From NCBI GenBank assembly GCA_028710275.1, contig JAQTUL010000001.1, positions 73,031-137,030 on the forward strand: DNA of 64,000 nucleotides, read 5' to 3'. The stretch comes from Candidatus Colwellbacteria bacterium. Lineage in GTDB: Bacteria > Patescibacteriota > Minisyncoccia > UBA6257 > Colwellbacteraceae. This document shows positions 48,311-58,659 of the stretch, in pieces. The notes under the pieces are model-generated. The model was not told where the DNA came from. It saw only the letters and a program-made list of their open reading frames with translations, and did no database searches. The stretch's first letter is position 1. Each line of letters starts with the position of its first letter. The translations under genes were made by a program, and so were the position numbers.

Positions 48311-50206
48311 ATGTCAAGTGTAAAAGCTCAAGACGATTCTTTGACGAGTGATCTCTTCGCTGCATACGACGAATTCAGAGCGAAGTTTGCTCCTCAACAG
48401 AATTCTTTTCCTAGTATAGACGATTTTCAACGTAAGATGATTGGTAAAGGATACTTATTGTATCAAACTTCTGATTATCTATCTAGCATTATCTACCTCT
48501 CCATTGCGTTATGGACATACGCTATAAAACCTAAATCGGAGGAGAGTGTTAATAGTCTCAAGAAATTTATTGCCGATACGAGAGGGAAACTCAAATCCTC
48601 TCTTTCAAACGACCAGAATAGTGACATACCAAAATATAATCAAACATCGGAAAGTGATATGCGAGATAGGACAACAGGAAAACTTATCTCATTTGCAACC
48701 ATGTCAGGAGCCACAAGGGAGAAAAGTATCATAACCAATAAATTTATTTTTCCAAATCTATATCCGCATCTTTTCCTATCTGACTCAAACAATATTTTGT
48801 TGTACGGTCCTCCAGGTACTGGAAAAACATTAATCGCGAAAGCCTGTGTGGGGGAACTAAATCGTCAATCAAATGGCGAGTTCAAATTCCTATTCTACAG
48901 TCTCTCAGCGAGTGATGTACGCAGTAAATGGGAAGGTCAAACTGAGAAGAATATTGCTGCTATGTTTGAAACAGCTAGTAATACCGCGAAGGCTGAAGAG
49001 GAGAAATACAATAAATCCTCTTCATCGTCATCGAGCTCTTCATCCAGTAAGAGAATAAGAGTCAAAAGTATTCTCTTTCTGGATGAGGTTGAATCTATTG
49101 CGGAATCACGAGAGAAAGGAGGTGACGGACGAGCTCTTACCACACTCTTACAGAAGATGGACGGTATGAAGTCCGAGGATAATGTTATAATAATGGGAGC
49201 CACAAATCTTCCCTGGGATCTCGATCCCGCATTTGTAAGACGATTTTCAGCATCCGTATTTGTTGATCTTCCGGATTTTCTGGCCCGTGTAGATCTTCTC
49301 ATCAATACATTTATCGATAAGTATGAGAAACACAGTGATGTTCGTCGTCTTCTCTCTTTCGTAGTTGTACCAGAGTCTAACGATGCGGAGTGGAAAAAAA
49401 TCTCTGAATACGAGATTATTGGGGATGATGAACCGACTAAGAGAGTATTGGAGACTATTTCGAGAATGTTCTCCACACTCCCTAAAGATGAGAGACGAGG
49501 AAAAACTCCATCCGAAAAGTATGCCTCAATTGTTATGAATCGGATAAAGGAGATCGTATCAACTAAAAATATAAAGGTGGATTGGGGTGTCTGGATGAAA
49601 GAGCGATTCGAACATTACATAACCTTTGTGAATTTTATCTTTTATATTTCCGATATGATGGGACCTTCGTCAAAGGTTCTTAAGAAGTTTTCAGGAGGAA
49701 CTCTAGGTAAGAGAGCGATTCCGAAACCGAGAACGAAGTACGGATACAGCGCGAGTGATATAACAAAGATCGTTAGTGAATTTTTCTCTATTACAGCTGA
49801 GAAAATTATCCAATCTCGATTCTCACAAACATCAACCTCTTCGGTTGGATCTTGTGATGACGATTTCATCGAAAAGGGATCTCGTAAGAATAACTGTTAT
49901 GTGAAGCTTATATCACAAGAGAGTATCGAACATGCAAACGATGGGATGTTCTTTCTTATCTCCGATTCTAAAAAGAAGGAGGAACGATTCCTCAACGAGA
50001 AATTTCAGGATAGTTATACAGTATTTGTCCCTCGATTATTCGAGATAGCTATGGATAACTACCCATCGACAACCGGTAATCTTGATATGTATTGTAATTA
50101 TATTGAATACGAACGAACGGGTACAACACCTAATTGGAAAGCGCGTTGTGAAACTATAGACATGGAGGGTGATGATGAAGATGATCGTAAAAAGAGACGC
50201 GTGTGA
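48311..50206 (+). CDS. AAA+ family ATPase
   Basis: Walker A 'LLYGPPGTGKTLIAKA', Walker B 'ILFLDEVESI', sensor / arginine-finger region 'GATNLPWDLDPAFVRRF', and a poly-Ser insert. Confidence 0.8.
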   Translation: MSSVKAQDDSLTSDLFAAYDEFRAKFAPQQNSFPSIDDFQRKMIGKGYLLYQTSDYLSSIIYLSIALWTYAIKPKSEESVNSLKKFIADTRGKLKSSLSNDQNSDIPKYNQTSESDMRDRTTGKLISFATMSGATREKSIITNKFIFPNLYPHLFLSDSNNILLYGPPGTGKTLIAKACVGELNRQSNGEFKFLFYSLSASDVRSKWEGQTEKNIAAMFETASNTAKAEEEKYNKSSSSSSSSSSSKRIRVKSILFLDEVESIAESREKGGDGRALTTLLQKMDGMKSEDNVIIMGATNLPWDLDPAFVRRFSASVFVDLPDFLARVDLLINTFIDKYEKHSDVRRLLSFVVVPESNDAEWKKISEYEIIGDDEPTKRVLETISRMFSTLPKDERRGKTPSEKYASIVMNRIKEIVSTKNIKVDWGVWMKERFEHYITFVNFIFYISDMMGPSSKVLKKFSGGTLGKRAIPKPRTKYGYSASDITKIVSEFFSITAEKIIQSRFSQTSTSSVGSCDDDFIEKGSRKNNCYVKLISQESIEHANDGMFFLISDSKKKEERFLNEKFQDSYTVFVPRLFEIAMDNYPSTTGNLDMYCNYIEYERTGTTPNWKARCETIDMEGDDEDDRKKRRV

Positions 50207-50281
50207 AAGTAATATATTCCTTTTTGAATATATTACTATTTCTCTCCTTGATAGGGGTTTAGTGTGCTGGCGAATGTGTGC

Positions 50282-50791
50282 TTATGCTACAAAGTAATCT
50301 CCCACGATGTTTGCGAGATCGGGGATGATGTACTTGTCAACTCCCGCCTTCTCAAACCGCAATTGCTGAGTAGCGAGAGTCACATTTTCCCTCGCAATCT
50401 TTGCTCGCTCTTGGAGTCGACCCATGTAGTGAATCCATCCGGGAGTTCTCTCATCTGGATATCCTGTCCACTTCTTGATGAATTTTCCAATCTCGAGAAG
50501 ATCACCGTTGGACATAGACTCCGGGAATGTGCGACCGTACTCATCCTCCAGTGCTTGTTTGTACTCTGGATTTTCTGATTCGTAGAACTCGAGCATCCAC
50601 CACATCGATCCGAAGTAGTTCTTGAAAAACCGGGTGAAGAGAATCTTAGAATCCTGATTCAGGCTCGTCGTCCGCAAAGACTTGAGCTTCTTAGTGAGGG
50701 TATCGATGCGAGAGTTAGAGGCGGACATGGTGGGAGTGGCTGTGTGAAGGAGAGGGAGTGGTATTGCACTCCTCTTTCCCAAAATAATCAC
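50282..50791 (-). CDS. Hypothetical protein
   Basis: 169-aa ORF. Alternative start at 50728. Confidence 0.4.
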   Translation of the reverse strand: MIILGKRSAIPLPLLHTATPTMSASNSRIDTLTKKLKSLRTTSLNQDSKILFTRFFKNYFGSMWWMLEFYESENPEYKQALEDEYGRTFPESMSNGDLLEIGKFIKKWTGYPDERTPGWIHYMGRLQERAKIARENVTLATQQLRFEKAGVDKYIIPDLANIVGDYFVA

Positions 50792-50825
50792 TTTTTTTTG
50801 TGACTTACTTGTGTGGTTTGAGACT

Positions 50826-51515
50826 TCAACATTTTCTCAGCAGACCCATAAGCCCAGGGAAGACTTTCATTCCACTCTCCCAGAGCAACTCTTCGATAGC
50901 CGCTTGTCTCCGTGCTTGGTGGAACCGCCACCACCGTTCGATGGCTCGGACCGGTTGGCGGAGAACGCGAGGGTGAATTTTGGCATTTTCGATGTACCAC
51001 CCTTCACTAGTCAAGACGGCCTTCCCATCAACAACCTCACACTGTCTCCAAGCCGGGCCATCTACCCGATGAGTTATACCATTCAAACACCACTCTTCAC
51101 ATGTCAAGACGACTTGTCCGGCGACCACTTCCCACGCTCGATAAGCTGGACCATCTGTGTGATGAAGTTTCCCATTCAACCGCCACCCTTCACTAGTCAA
51201 GACGGCCTTCCCATCAACAACCTCCCACTGTCTACAAGCCGGGCCATCTATCCGATGAGTTATACCATTCAAATCCCACTCTTCACATGTCAAGACGACC
51301 ACCCCGTTAACCACCTGCCACTGTTTCCAAGCCGGACCATCAGTGCGATGACGATGACCATTCAAACGCCACACTTCATGGGTCTTAAATTCCACTTCAT
51401 CCACAGTAGTATAAGTGTATGTAGGAGTGCTCATGGTGATTGTCGGCGACAACTGTTGAATATAGGTGATATCACCTCCTATATTCCCTAAATAATCACT
51501 TTTTCTCATATTCAC
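50826..51515 (-). CDS. MORN-like (DGPA-type) repeat protein
   Basis: Six or more copies of about 23 aa: 'W.LNG..HR.DGPA...W.VV.G..VLT.EEW'. Confidence 0.6.
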   Translation of the reverse strand: MNMRKSDYLGNIGGDITYIQQLSPTITMSTPTYTYTTVDEVEFKTHEVWRLNGHRHRTDGPAWKQWQVVNGVVVLTCEEWDLNGITHRIDGPACRQWEVVDGKAVLTSEGWRLNGKLHHTDGPAYRAWEVVAGQVVLTCEEWCLNGITHRVDGPAWRQCEVVDGKAVLTSEGWYIENAKIHPRVLRQPVRAIERWWRFHQARRQAAIEELLWESGMKVFPGLMGLLRKC

Positions 51516-52016
51516 CTTATACTTATAAGTCCTTCAAGATAGGACTAAATTCTATTGCTAGAAAGATTCTTCTGTGGTAGATGCCATCCAACTAAAAGTA
51601 CTAGAGGTAAACCGAATAGTGTACAATACCTACTCTTTATAAAAGCCTATTGTCTCTTCTTAGATACTAATAACTTTGTCCTCCCGGAACTAAACACGAA
51701 CTTTATTAATGTCTGTTTTAAACTCTTCTATACTCCTAAAAAGATGGGGGCTTTATCAATCATAAATGAGGATCTACTATTTGGATTAAAAGTACATTCT
51801 ACATCAGGACAGATTGCGACGAAACTACTATGAGCATTTCCACAATCCGGAGTGACACTCAGATTTGTAACACTCAGCACATACATTGTACTGTTTAATA
51901 TGGTCTCCACAATTATTAACTCCACCATCACAGTAGCAGATAAGATATTCATCACTATCGTAACCCATCTTGATTGTTGTAATAGTATTCATTACAACAA
52001 TTTATTTAATCAGTTT

Positions 52017-55000
52017 TTAAATCAGAGGCTTAGTTTTATGATTCTCCTCATCATCACTACTATCATCGTAATCACTACTCTCATCATCTTCCGATACCTC
52101 TTTGATCTCTACAGCCTTTACTTTCTTCACCGGTGATTTTTTCACCGGCGATTTCGTGTTTCGTTGTGGACTCTTTGGTTTCTTCTTATGAAGCATCGAG
52201 AAGTCCTCTTCGACATCTTCCTCAACAACTTCCTCAGGAACCTCGATATCAAATGAATCTTTTTCCTCATTCTTATCGAGGTCCTCTTCACGAATGATGA
52301 TCGCCTTTCCCTCCTTCTCATCATCTTCCGCGGTTCTCAAACGATATCCCTTCCACTTATGACTCGGAGTAAGATCACCCCACTTCTTTGTTATCTCATC
52401 CCTCAGATCCTCCTTGGATGGAATTTGAGAATGAAGGTTAGGATAGGAATCGTCGAACCAGGTCTTGAATGAGTTGTAAGTCTCGACGACAGACATAAGA
52501 GCTTTTTCATTCGAAGGCTCATAGACAATCTTCTCCATGATGAACTGGAGGAATACGTCGTTCTGCTTACGATAAGCAGCCGTGGCTGAACGAACTTTTT
52601 CTGGTTCAGCCATACGTCCATCCTTGAGAATCTTTTTGAATGTGTCAAACATCATCCACATAAATGGAGCTTTCATTTTGGGAAGTTTATCAGTAAAGTA
52701 AGGGTCTCGTGGAAATCTCTTCAATCGAATCTGATCTTCAAGAAGCTCAGGAACATTATCTTTCGGGAAACATGCCTCATGAGGAAGAACTCGAATACGA
52801 TTCCATGTTGCGGGATCATCACATGGAAGTCTCGGAAGCTTATTACATATTAAACTAAGCTTGAACTGAGGCTTCAGTTCCTGACTTTCTTTGTACAGTC
52901 CACGATAATAGATGATATCGTTACCACTTAATTCCTTCAGAATACCGATGTTGATCACATCTTTGCTATTCGGCTCTTGAAGGACAGCAAAACGGACTCC
53001 AGGAAGACCGGCATACTCTGGAGTTGCTTGAGATGACTGAGTACGCTTTCCACTAATCAGAGAGGTTGGAAGAATCTTCATGTATCGACCGAGTGTCAAC
53101 TTAAGAAGATCCATATTAACAGACTTTGCGTTATCACCTTCACCTGACATATTAAGAAATGTCTTACTACTATTACCTCCACGAAGAAGACTTGCTGTAT
53201 ATTCCATCCAATATTGTTTCAATTCCGGATCGGGAAACACTTTCGAGAAGTGATCATCTACGTCGATAACCTCTTGACTATCCCAAGAGTACTCCTGAAA
53301 ATCGTAACCAGTCGTAAGACTGACATAATCAGTCGGTCGTCCGGGACGAAAACGCATTTCTCCGAGATCGAGAATACCGTTACTGAAATGAATAAGATTG
53401 ATATCAGAGTCCAATTTATCGATAAAACTGTCATCGACAAACAGTTCGATACAATTGTGAACCACGACACCATTTGCAACAAAGTTATGAATATTGTCAA
53501 CGGTAATATCATATACAGTTCTCTTTCCGACATTTTTAATATTGTGTACATCAACAATAAGAGATGGAAGAGTTAAACTATCTCTCTTAAAGCAATATGA
53601 AGGTCCATTATCCGAAAAGAAGAAATCTTTTACACCAATACTCTCCATATATTCAATGGGTTTAATCCCCAGTTTATACCTAATCTCACCAATATTTCTC
53701 ATATTATTAACCAATGTTGAGTATTTAGGAACCACTTTATCATTTAAGAATCTACCATCTCTAGTTTCAACGTTGAGTTTAGCTTGATCGATATAGTTTC
53801 TAAGGTTTACTCTCTTTACACCATCATATCCAGAAATTTTCTTTAATTCTTTTAGGAATTCTATTCTCTGGTTGCATACTGTATTATACATATTCGCGTA
53901 AGAACATGCTGCTGTTAGTTTCAATAATTTATTTGTACAATAACGAAATCCAATATTATCTGAAAACAAAAGAATATCCCGAAAACTGACATCAAATTCT
54001 ATTTCATACAGATCACGATTTTTAACCTTTCGTTTGGATTGAATATTAACATTGGATACTCCACATTTAGAAAACATTTTTACTATATCATTCATCATAA
54101 TTTGAAGAGACTCCACATGCTCTCCACATTTAGATTGTGAAAATCCGACAGATGTTATAACATTCGAATTTGTGACTACATTTGCGTGGCCATCTCCACC
54201 CATAAGTCCTCCCAGAAATTCTCTGATAATAGGAATAGGGCAATCATCTGTAAGAAGAAATTCCGGAAGAGTAGATTTTTGAACCGATCTTCTACCTAAA
54301 CTTATTCCAGGAATAAGAGCAATATTTTTACTCACACATGAAGGAATTGCTACACCATAAGTCCACCCTTTTGTTTCTTCATAAAAACTACTATGATTGT
54401 TAGTTATTTTTGGTCTCTTTCCACAGAGAATTTGTATGTCATCCACAAAATTATTTGCATCAATTAAAGATCCTAATGAGACATTTGCATTAATAATATT
54501 AGTCGACTTGTTATGAATTATAGTTTCGTCAGATAACATTAATCCGATAATTCGACTGAAAATTAGAGATTTTTCATATTCAGATTGTGTATCGGTTTTC
54601 AGAGTGAGAGAACCAAAAGTTGTAGTCCAGCCGTCACATAATTTCATATCATTCACGACACTAATTTTGACACCTGTGATACTAGTTCTCACTTTATCAA
54701 CACCCGGTTTCAAATCACCAGAGAATACCCATCGTCCGTCAGAAGTAAGAATTGGATGATCATGTGTTGAAACAAGTTTGGTTCCATCGGAAAGCATCAA
54801 TTCTACACAGTCCTTTTCTCCTTTGTTCATAAAATTGGTCTGTCTTTCGTTCAATATTCCATTCATATTTTCATCCCACCCAATAAGTCTATTTGTATTA
54901 TTATTTAGTTCTTCGATGGGAACACTCAATCCGTTACTCATTGTTACATACGTACCCGCGCTGATACATTCAGCGATAATATTATTTTTGAACGGTGTCG

Positions 55001-56492
55001 ATTTCAAGCTTGCAATAATTTTATTAACTGTTTTCAAACGCTTCTGAAGTTCAGCATCATCATCTTGTGAACCCATATCCTCACAAACCTTCTTCTTCAT
55101 GTTCTTGTATTCATTAACAAGTTCCGTAGAGATCTTTCGTCTCAAATCGATACCCTGTTTATTTACAACCCATCGGTGATTCTTATAATGAAACCACACC
55201 TTCTTTTCAGGACATGCACACACAAATTCACCTTTATATTTATTATGAAGCAACTTGGCCATATCGTAGTGTCCTCCGTTGAGAGACTCGTTGAATAATC
55301 GATCGTTATCCTTCCTTTGAATCTTTTTATACTCTTCAGGACTATCAATCTTCGCGTAATGATAGAGACTTCCGATAGTACGATTTCTCTTTTCCATACG
55401 CTCCCATTGATACACACATCCGGCCTCTGAAAAATTCTTCTTAGAGGTCTTGGATGAGAACTCAATCCACATATCAAGTGCGTCCTCTGTACCATCTCCA
55501 ATATTGAATAGGACCCATCCAATATCTAACCAGTCGTCGAAGTTGTCTGCGCGAGATGAAGAGATAAGTTTCATCAACTCTCGCGCCTTCTTAAGTGCTT
55601 CAGGAGTAGGCATATCTTCGAACAGCTTCTTACTCTCCTTCGCCTTCTTGAGAAGTTTCTTGGTGATAATGTTCAAGTCGGCTTTCACTGTGATGGGTTC
55701 TCGAGTTCCCGGATGAATAGAGAGAATTCGTGGAAGATAGTACTCGAGTGGATGTTCATCCATTTTTACCGGATCACCATGTACATCAGTCAATTTAAAA
55801 TCACTTAATGCCTCCTCTAGAGAGATCTCGTTACAGTCATCATCAAAAACCTTAGTAACCTTATAGGATTGAAGATACTCCTTCTTTCGAGATCCATACA
55901 GAAGCCAGAACTTTGAAGTACAACTCTTATCAATCACTTCCTCAGACTTGATAACTCCAATATCTTTGAAGAGATCCTTATCTGCTACCTCCTTTCGAAC
56001 ACGAGGGATAAGATGAACATCCTGATCAACCTTGTGCATAATCGCATTGATAAAATGTAAATGAAAACCGTGCTTAATCTCCTCCTTTGTTTTGTCGTAT
56101 GTTGGATGTTCCTTTTCTAGAACGACACAGACACCATGTCGTTTCTCGTAGTTCTTCACAGTCTGCTTCAGATGTTTTTGGTAAATCATTGCTGTCTGTC
56201 TAATATGTGTGTCTTTGTAAAGTTTTTTATCAAGAGGATGTTTGGCTGGATCATACGACAATTTAATATCCGAATCATTGAGTACAGGAAGAAACTCACC
56301 CGGACGTTCTGCGAGGCCGGATACCATCTTCGGATTACTGTACATTGTATCACAATAAAGTTTCCACCACTCCTCATCATCTTTTCTTGTCAAGTTATAT
56401 TTCCCTGTAGGTTGAATCTGTGAAACATGAGTGTAGTACCCCTCACCTTTTTCTTGACGTGTAGCGATGAATTTTCGAAGAGAGAGATCCAT
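52017..56492 (-). CDS. D5-like primase-helicase (AEP primase plus SF3 helicase) interrupted by an intein
   Basis: N-terminal primase region 'KHGFHLHFINAIMHKVDQD'. Helicase region after the intein: '…NMSGEGDNAKS…' (Walker A-like), 'FAVLQEPNS', 'PQFKLSLICNKLP'. Confidence 0.8.
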   Translation of the reverse strand: MDLSLRKFIATRQEKGEGYYTHVSQIQPTGKYNLTRKDDEEWWKLYCDTMYSNPKMVSGLAERPGEFLPVLNDSDIKLSYDPAKHPLDKKLYKDTHIRQTAMIYQKHLKQTVKNYEKRHGVCVVLEKEHPTYDKTKEEIKHGFHLHFINAIMHKVDQDVHLIPRVRKEVADKDLFKDIGVIKSEEVIDKSCTSKFWLLYGSRKKEYLQSYKVTKVFDDDCNEISLEEALSDFKLTDVHGDPVKMDEHPLEYYLPRILSIHPGTREPITVKADLNIITKKLLKKAKESKKLFEDMPTPEALKKARELMKLISSSRADNFDDWLDIGWVLFNIGDGTEDALDMWIEFSSKTSKKNFSEAGCVYQWERMEKRNRTIGSLYHYAKIDSPEEYKKIQRKDNDRLFNESLNGGHYDMAKLLHNKYKGEFVCACPEKKVWFHYKNHRWVVNKQGIDLRRKISTELVNEYKNMKKKVCEDMGSQDDDAELQKRLKTVNKIIASLKSTPFKNNIIAECISAGTYVTMSNGLSVPIEELNNNTNRLIGWDENMNGILNERQTNFMNKGEKDCVELMLSDGTKLVSTHDHPILTSDGRWVFSGDLKPGVDKVRTSITGVKISVVNDMKLCDGWTTTFGSLTLKTDTQSEYEKSLIFSRIIGLMLSDETIIHNKSTNIINANVSLGSLIDANNFVDDIQILCGKRPKITNNHSSFYEETKGWTYGVAIPSCVSKNIALIPGISLGRRSVQKSTLPEFLLTDDCPIPIIREFLGGLMGGDGHANVVTNSNVITSVGFSQSKCGEHVESLQIMMNDIVKMFSKCGVSNVNIQSKRKVKNRDLYEIEFDVSFRDILLFSDNIGFRYCTNKLLKLTAACSYANMYNTVCNQRIEFLKELKKISGYDGVKRVNLRNYIDQAKLNVETRDGRFLNDKVVPKYSTLVNNMRNIGEIRYKLGIKPIEYMESIGVKDFFFSDNGPSYCFKRDSLTLPSLIVDVHNIKNVGKRTVYDITVDNIHNFVANGVVVHNCIELFVDDSFIDKLDSDINLIHFSNGILDLGEMRFRPGRPTDYVSLTTGYDFQEYSWDSQEVIDVDDHFSKVFPDPELKQYWMEYTASLLRGGNSSKTFLNMSGEGDNAKSVNMDLLKLTLGRYMKILPTSLISGKRTQSSQATPEYAGLPGVRFAVLQEPNSKDVINIGILKELSGNDIIYYRGLYKESQELKPQFKLSLICNKLPRLPCDDPATWNRIRVLPHEACFPKDNVPELLEDQIRLKRFPRDPYFTDKLPKMKAPFMWMMFDTFKKILKDGRMAEPEKVRSATAAYRKQNDVFLQFIMEKIVYEPSNEKALMSVVETYNSFKTWFDDSYPNLHSQIPSKEDLRDEITKKWGDLTPSHKWKGYRLRTAEDDEKEGKAIIIREEDLDKNEEKDSFDIEVPEEVVEEDVEEDFSMLHKKKPKSPQRNTKSPVKKSPVKKVKAVEIKEVSEDDESSDYDDSSDDEENHKTKPLI
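53454..54968 (-). mobile_element. Intein (505 aa, canonical Cys...His-Asn/Cys) with a LAGLIDADG homing-endonuclease domain in the D5 primase-helicase
   Basis: Starts 'CISAGTYVTM', block B 'THDHP', LAGLIDADG motifs 'RIIGLMLSDETI' and 'FLGGLMGGDGHA', ends 'FVANGVVVHN|CIELF'. Confidence 0.75.
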
Positions 56493-56750
56493 TATCGGTG
56501 ATATCTAATTACTATATAAAAAATTTTTTTAAACAGTATATTTAGAGGGTGAGTGTGAGAACGCTTTTATCTCCGAAGTGATTGTACTATACTGCAATCT
56601 ATCGACGTAATCACTTTTAAACATGTAGATAAAATTTAGATGACTGTATAGTAAGAACATAAATTCTTACTATACACACTCATTCATCGGCTCAAATAGA
56701 TAGGTATTTTATTGATAGAAGGATCAATAAAATTTATTCAACAAAGAGAA

Positions 56751-57488
56751 TTACGCTCGATACGTGTAGATGTGAAGAATACGACGGTCAGGTGAATTAC
56801 GCTCCAAATCAGTTTGATACCCGAATTTCGTCAGTAGCATACGCGCAGATGTGAGATGAAGGGTGTTGTTCTCAATAACTTCGCGACGATAGTCGTCATT
56901 TGTTTTCATTTTATCGTAGATGTCATCAACAAGATCACGATATACTTGAGTGAGAGATTTGTAAACTTTCTTCTTTTGGTACGTGTGAAGGACTGGAGTC
57001 TGTGTTGAGAGAATGATAGACCCCTTGATATTCAATTCTGTTACACGATTCTTACACAAATCGAGGTTTTCATGATCATCAAAGAGCTCGGTATTAGAAT
57101 CTTCTTTACTCTCTTCGGTTTGTTCTCTGAGAGAACGACCGAAATTCTCATGTACATATTCATCGTCATCCCATTCATGTTCCCATTCACTATCAACGAT
57201 TAACTCATTCACTTCATTCTCGGTAATCTCTTCACACCATCGACTTCCACTACCATCAATGATCTCCATACATCCCCATCCATCCGATACGCAGATCTTA
57301 ATATATTGACCCATGACGATTGACAAAGAATCGTTCTTATTATAGAGGTCCTTTTGACTGTGGATCTTAATATCTTGAGAGATAAATTCTCTGATGCTCT
57401 TCTCGGTGTGGAATGTAACGAAACGGAATCGATTCTCCTCTGTGGAGTTCTTCGCTGTGAGAAGGAGATGAATCGGAAAAGTAGTCAT
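56751..57488 (-). CDS. Hypothetical protein
   Basis: 245-aa ORF with an acidic central segment. Confidence 0.45.
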   Translation of the reverse strand: MTTFPIHLLLTAKNSTEENRFRFVTFHTEKSIREFISQDIKIHSQKDLYNKNDSLSIVMGQYIKICVSDGWGCMEIIDGSGSRWCEEITENEVNELIVDSEWEHEWDDDEYVHENFGRSLREQTEESKEDSNTELFDDHENLDLCKNRVTELNIKGSIILSTQTPVLHTYQKKKVYKSLTQVYRDLVDDIYDKMKTNDDYRREVIENNTLHLTSARMLLTKFGYQTDLERNSPDRRILHIYTYRA

Positions 57489-57675
57489 TGTGCTGAGTGA
57501 GATGAGTGAGATATAATATTATATCATCTCACTTTAAAAAATCATTTTTTGATGTAATGTGTCAATTTAATCGGGAAGAATATTCGAATATCTTTTTGAA
57601 GGGTTGGTGTTAACATATTAGACACAATCAGAAATAAGTTCCTTGAATTCTGACATTATCGATTGATCTTAAGTA

Positions 57676-58659
57676 TTAGGTTTTAACCCGATTAGTTAAT
57701 TCTCGAAGACACCCGCTGAATTGTGATTTAACTCCTTTCATAAGTCTTGTATTATTTTTCTCCTCTTCACAGAGAAATTTGTGGAGATCTAAACGTGTTT
57801 CTCCACCCCTCATAGAATAACTTGAAAACCTGTACGACGCATATGAATTATTACTCATCTCATACAACAATGGACGAATCATATGATCCATATAACCGAT
57901 AAGGTCACATTCATGAAGTCTCTGGTTCTGAAAAGTCATTATAGAAATATTCTTTATCGCGTGAGAATTACGAACTATAAATTTCCATAGATCTTCCACT
58001 CTACCGTTAGAGATATGAAGGTCAACTATATTTATCGTTGACACATCCATACACGGAAGATCTAATTCAAATAGATTAACTTTATGATAGTCTCTGGTTA
58101 GCAATTTTCCTTCGTCGTACCAGGAGATACAAACTGTTTCTGCCTGATAACGAAACCCAGCATTTCTCTCTCTTATAAGAGACTCAAGTTCTCTTTTTAA
58201 TTTCATATAGATATCATCTATTTCTCTGGTGGATGTAAATCCGTAATTATCGTCTTTCATATTGAGATCGTAACTTTTCCAGTCTATTTCAAACATTGTG
58301 TATTCATCTACAATCTTTGCTACATCATTGGAGAAGATGGGTGTTGTGTAATTCATAAGTTCGTATTCAAATGAGGAAACACAATGTTGCATTTCTTCCA
58401 TAAGATGATAGAGCAGTTTAGTACGATCTATCGGTTTCTGTTTTAGAAACCATTGGTCAAGAGAATCTCTAGATTGTTTTAGATTAAAAGGTGACATATC
58501 AGGATAATTGAATCTGAGAACCCAAATTAATAGTCGTTTTTTCGGAAGGTTAAATTTATAAATACCTATAAATTTAAGTTTAGTCTGACCCAAGATAATG
58601 TTTTTGTATAGCTGAGAGACATATACCGAATGCCATAAGAGGAGACATTGGATATCCAT
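57676..58659 (-). CDS. Hypothetical protein (the true start is probably an internal Met, avoiding overlap with the upstream gene)
   Basis: 327-aa ORF. The first 80 nt overlap the 3' end of the Tubby-like gene. Confidence 0.45.
   Translation of the reverse strand: MDIQCLLLWHSVYVSQLYKNIILGQTKLKFIGIYKFNLPKKRLLIWVLRFNYPDMSPFNLKQSRDSLDQWFLKQKPIDRTKLLYHLMEEMQHCVSSFEYELMNYTTPIFSNDVAKIVDEYTMFEIDWKSYDLNMKDDNYGFTSTREIDDIYMKLKRELESLIRERNAGFRYQAETVCISWYDEGKLLTRDYHKVNLFELDLPCMDVSTINIVDLHISNGRVEDLWKFIVRNSHAIKNISIMTFQNQRLHECDLIGYMDHMIRPLLYEMSNNSYASYRFSSYSMRGGETRLDLHKFLCEEEKNNTRLMKGVKSQFSGCLRELTNRVKT

Noticed and set aside
58580-58659. 80-nt overlap of the Tubby-like gene and ORF 57676..58659, as a possible frameshifted single gene
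   Set aside because: The Tubby domain ends at its natural C-terminus and the downstream ORF has internal Met codons past the overlap. They are more likely two genes with a mis-called start.
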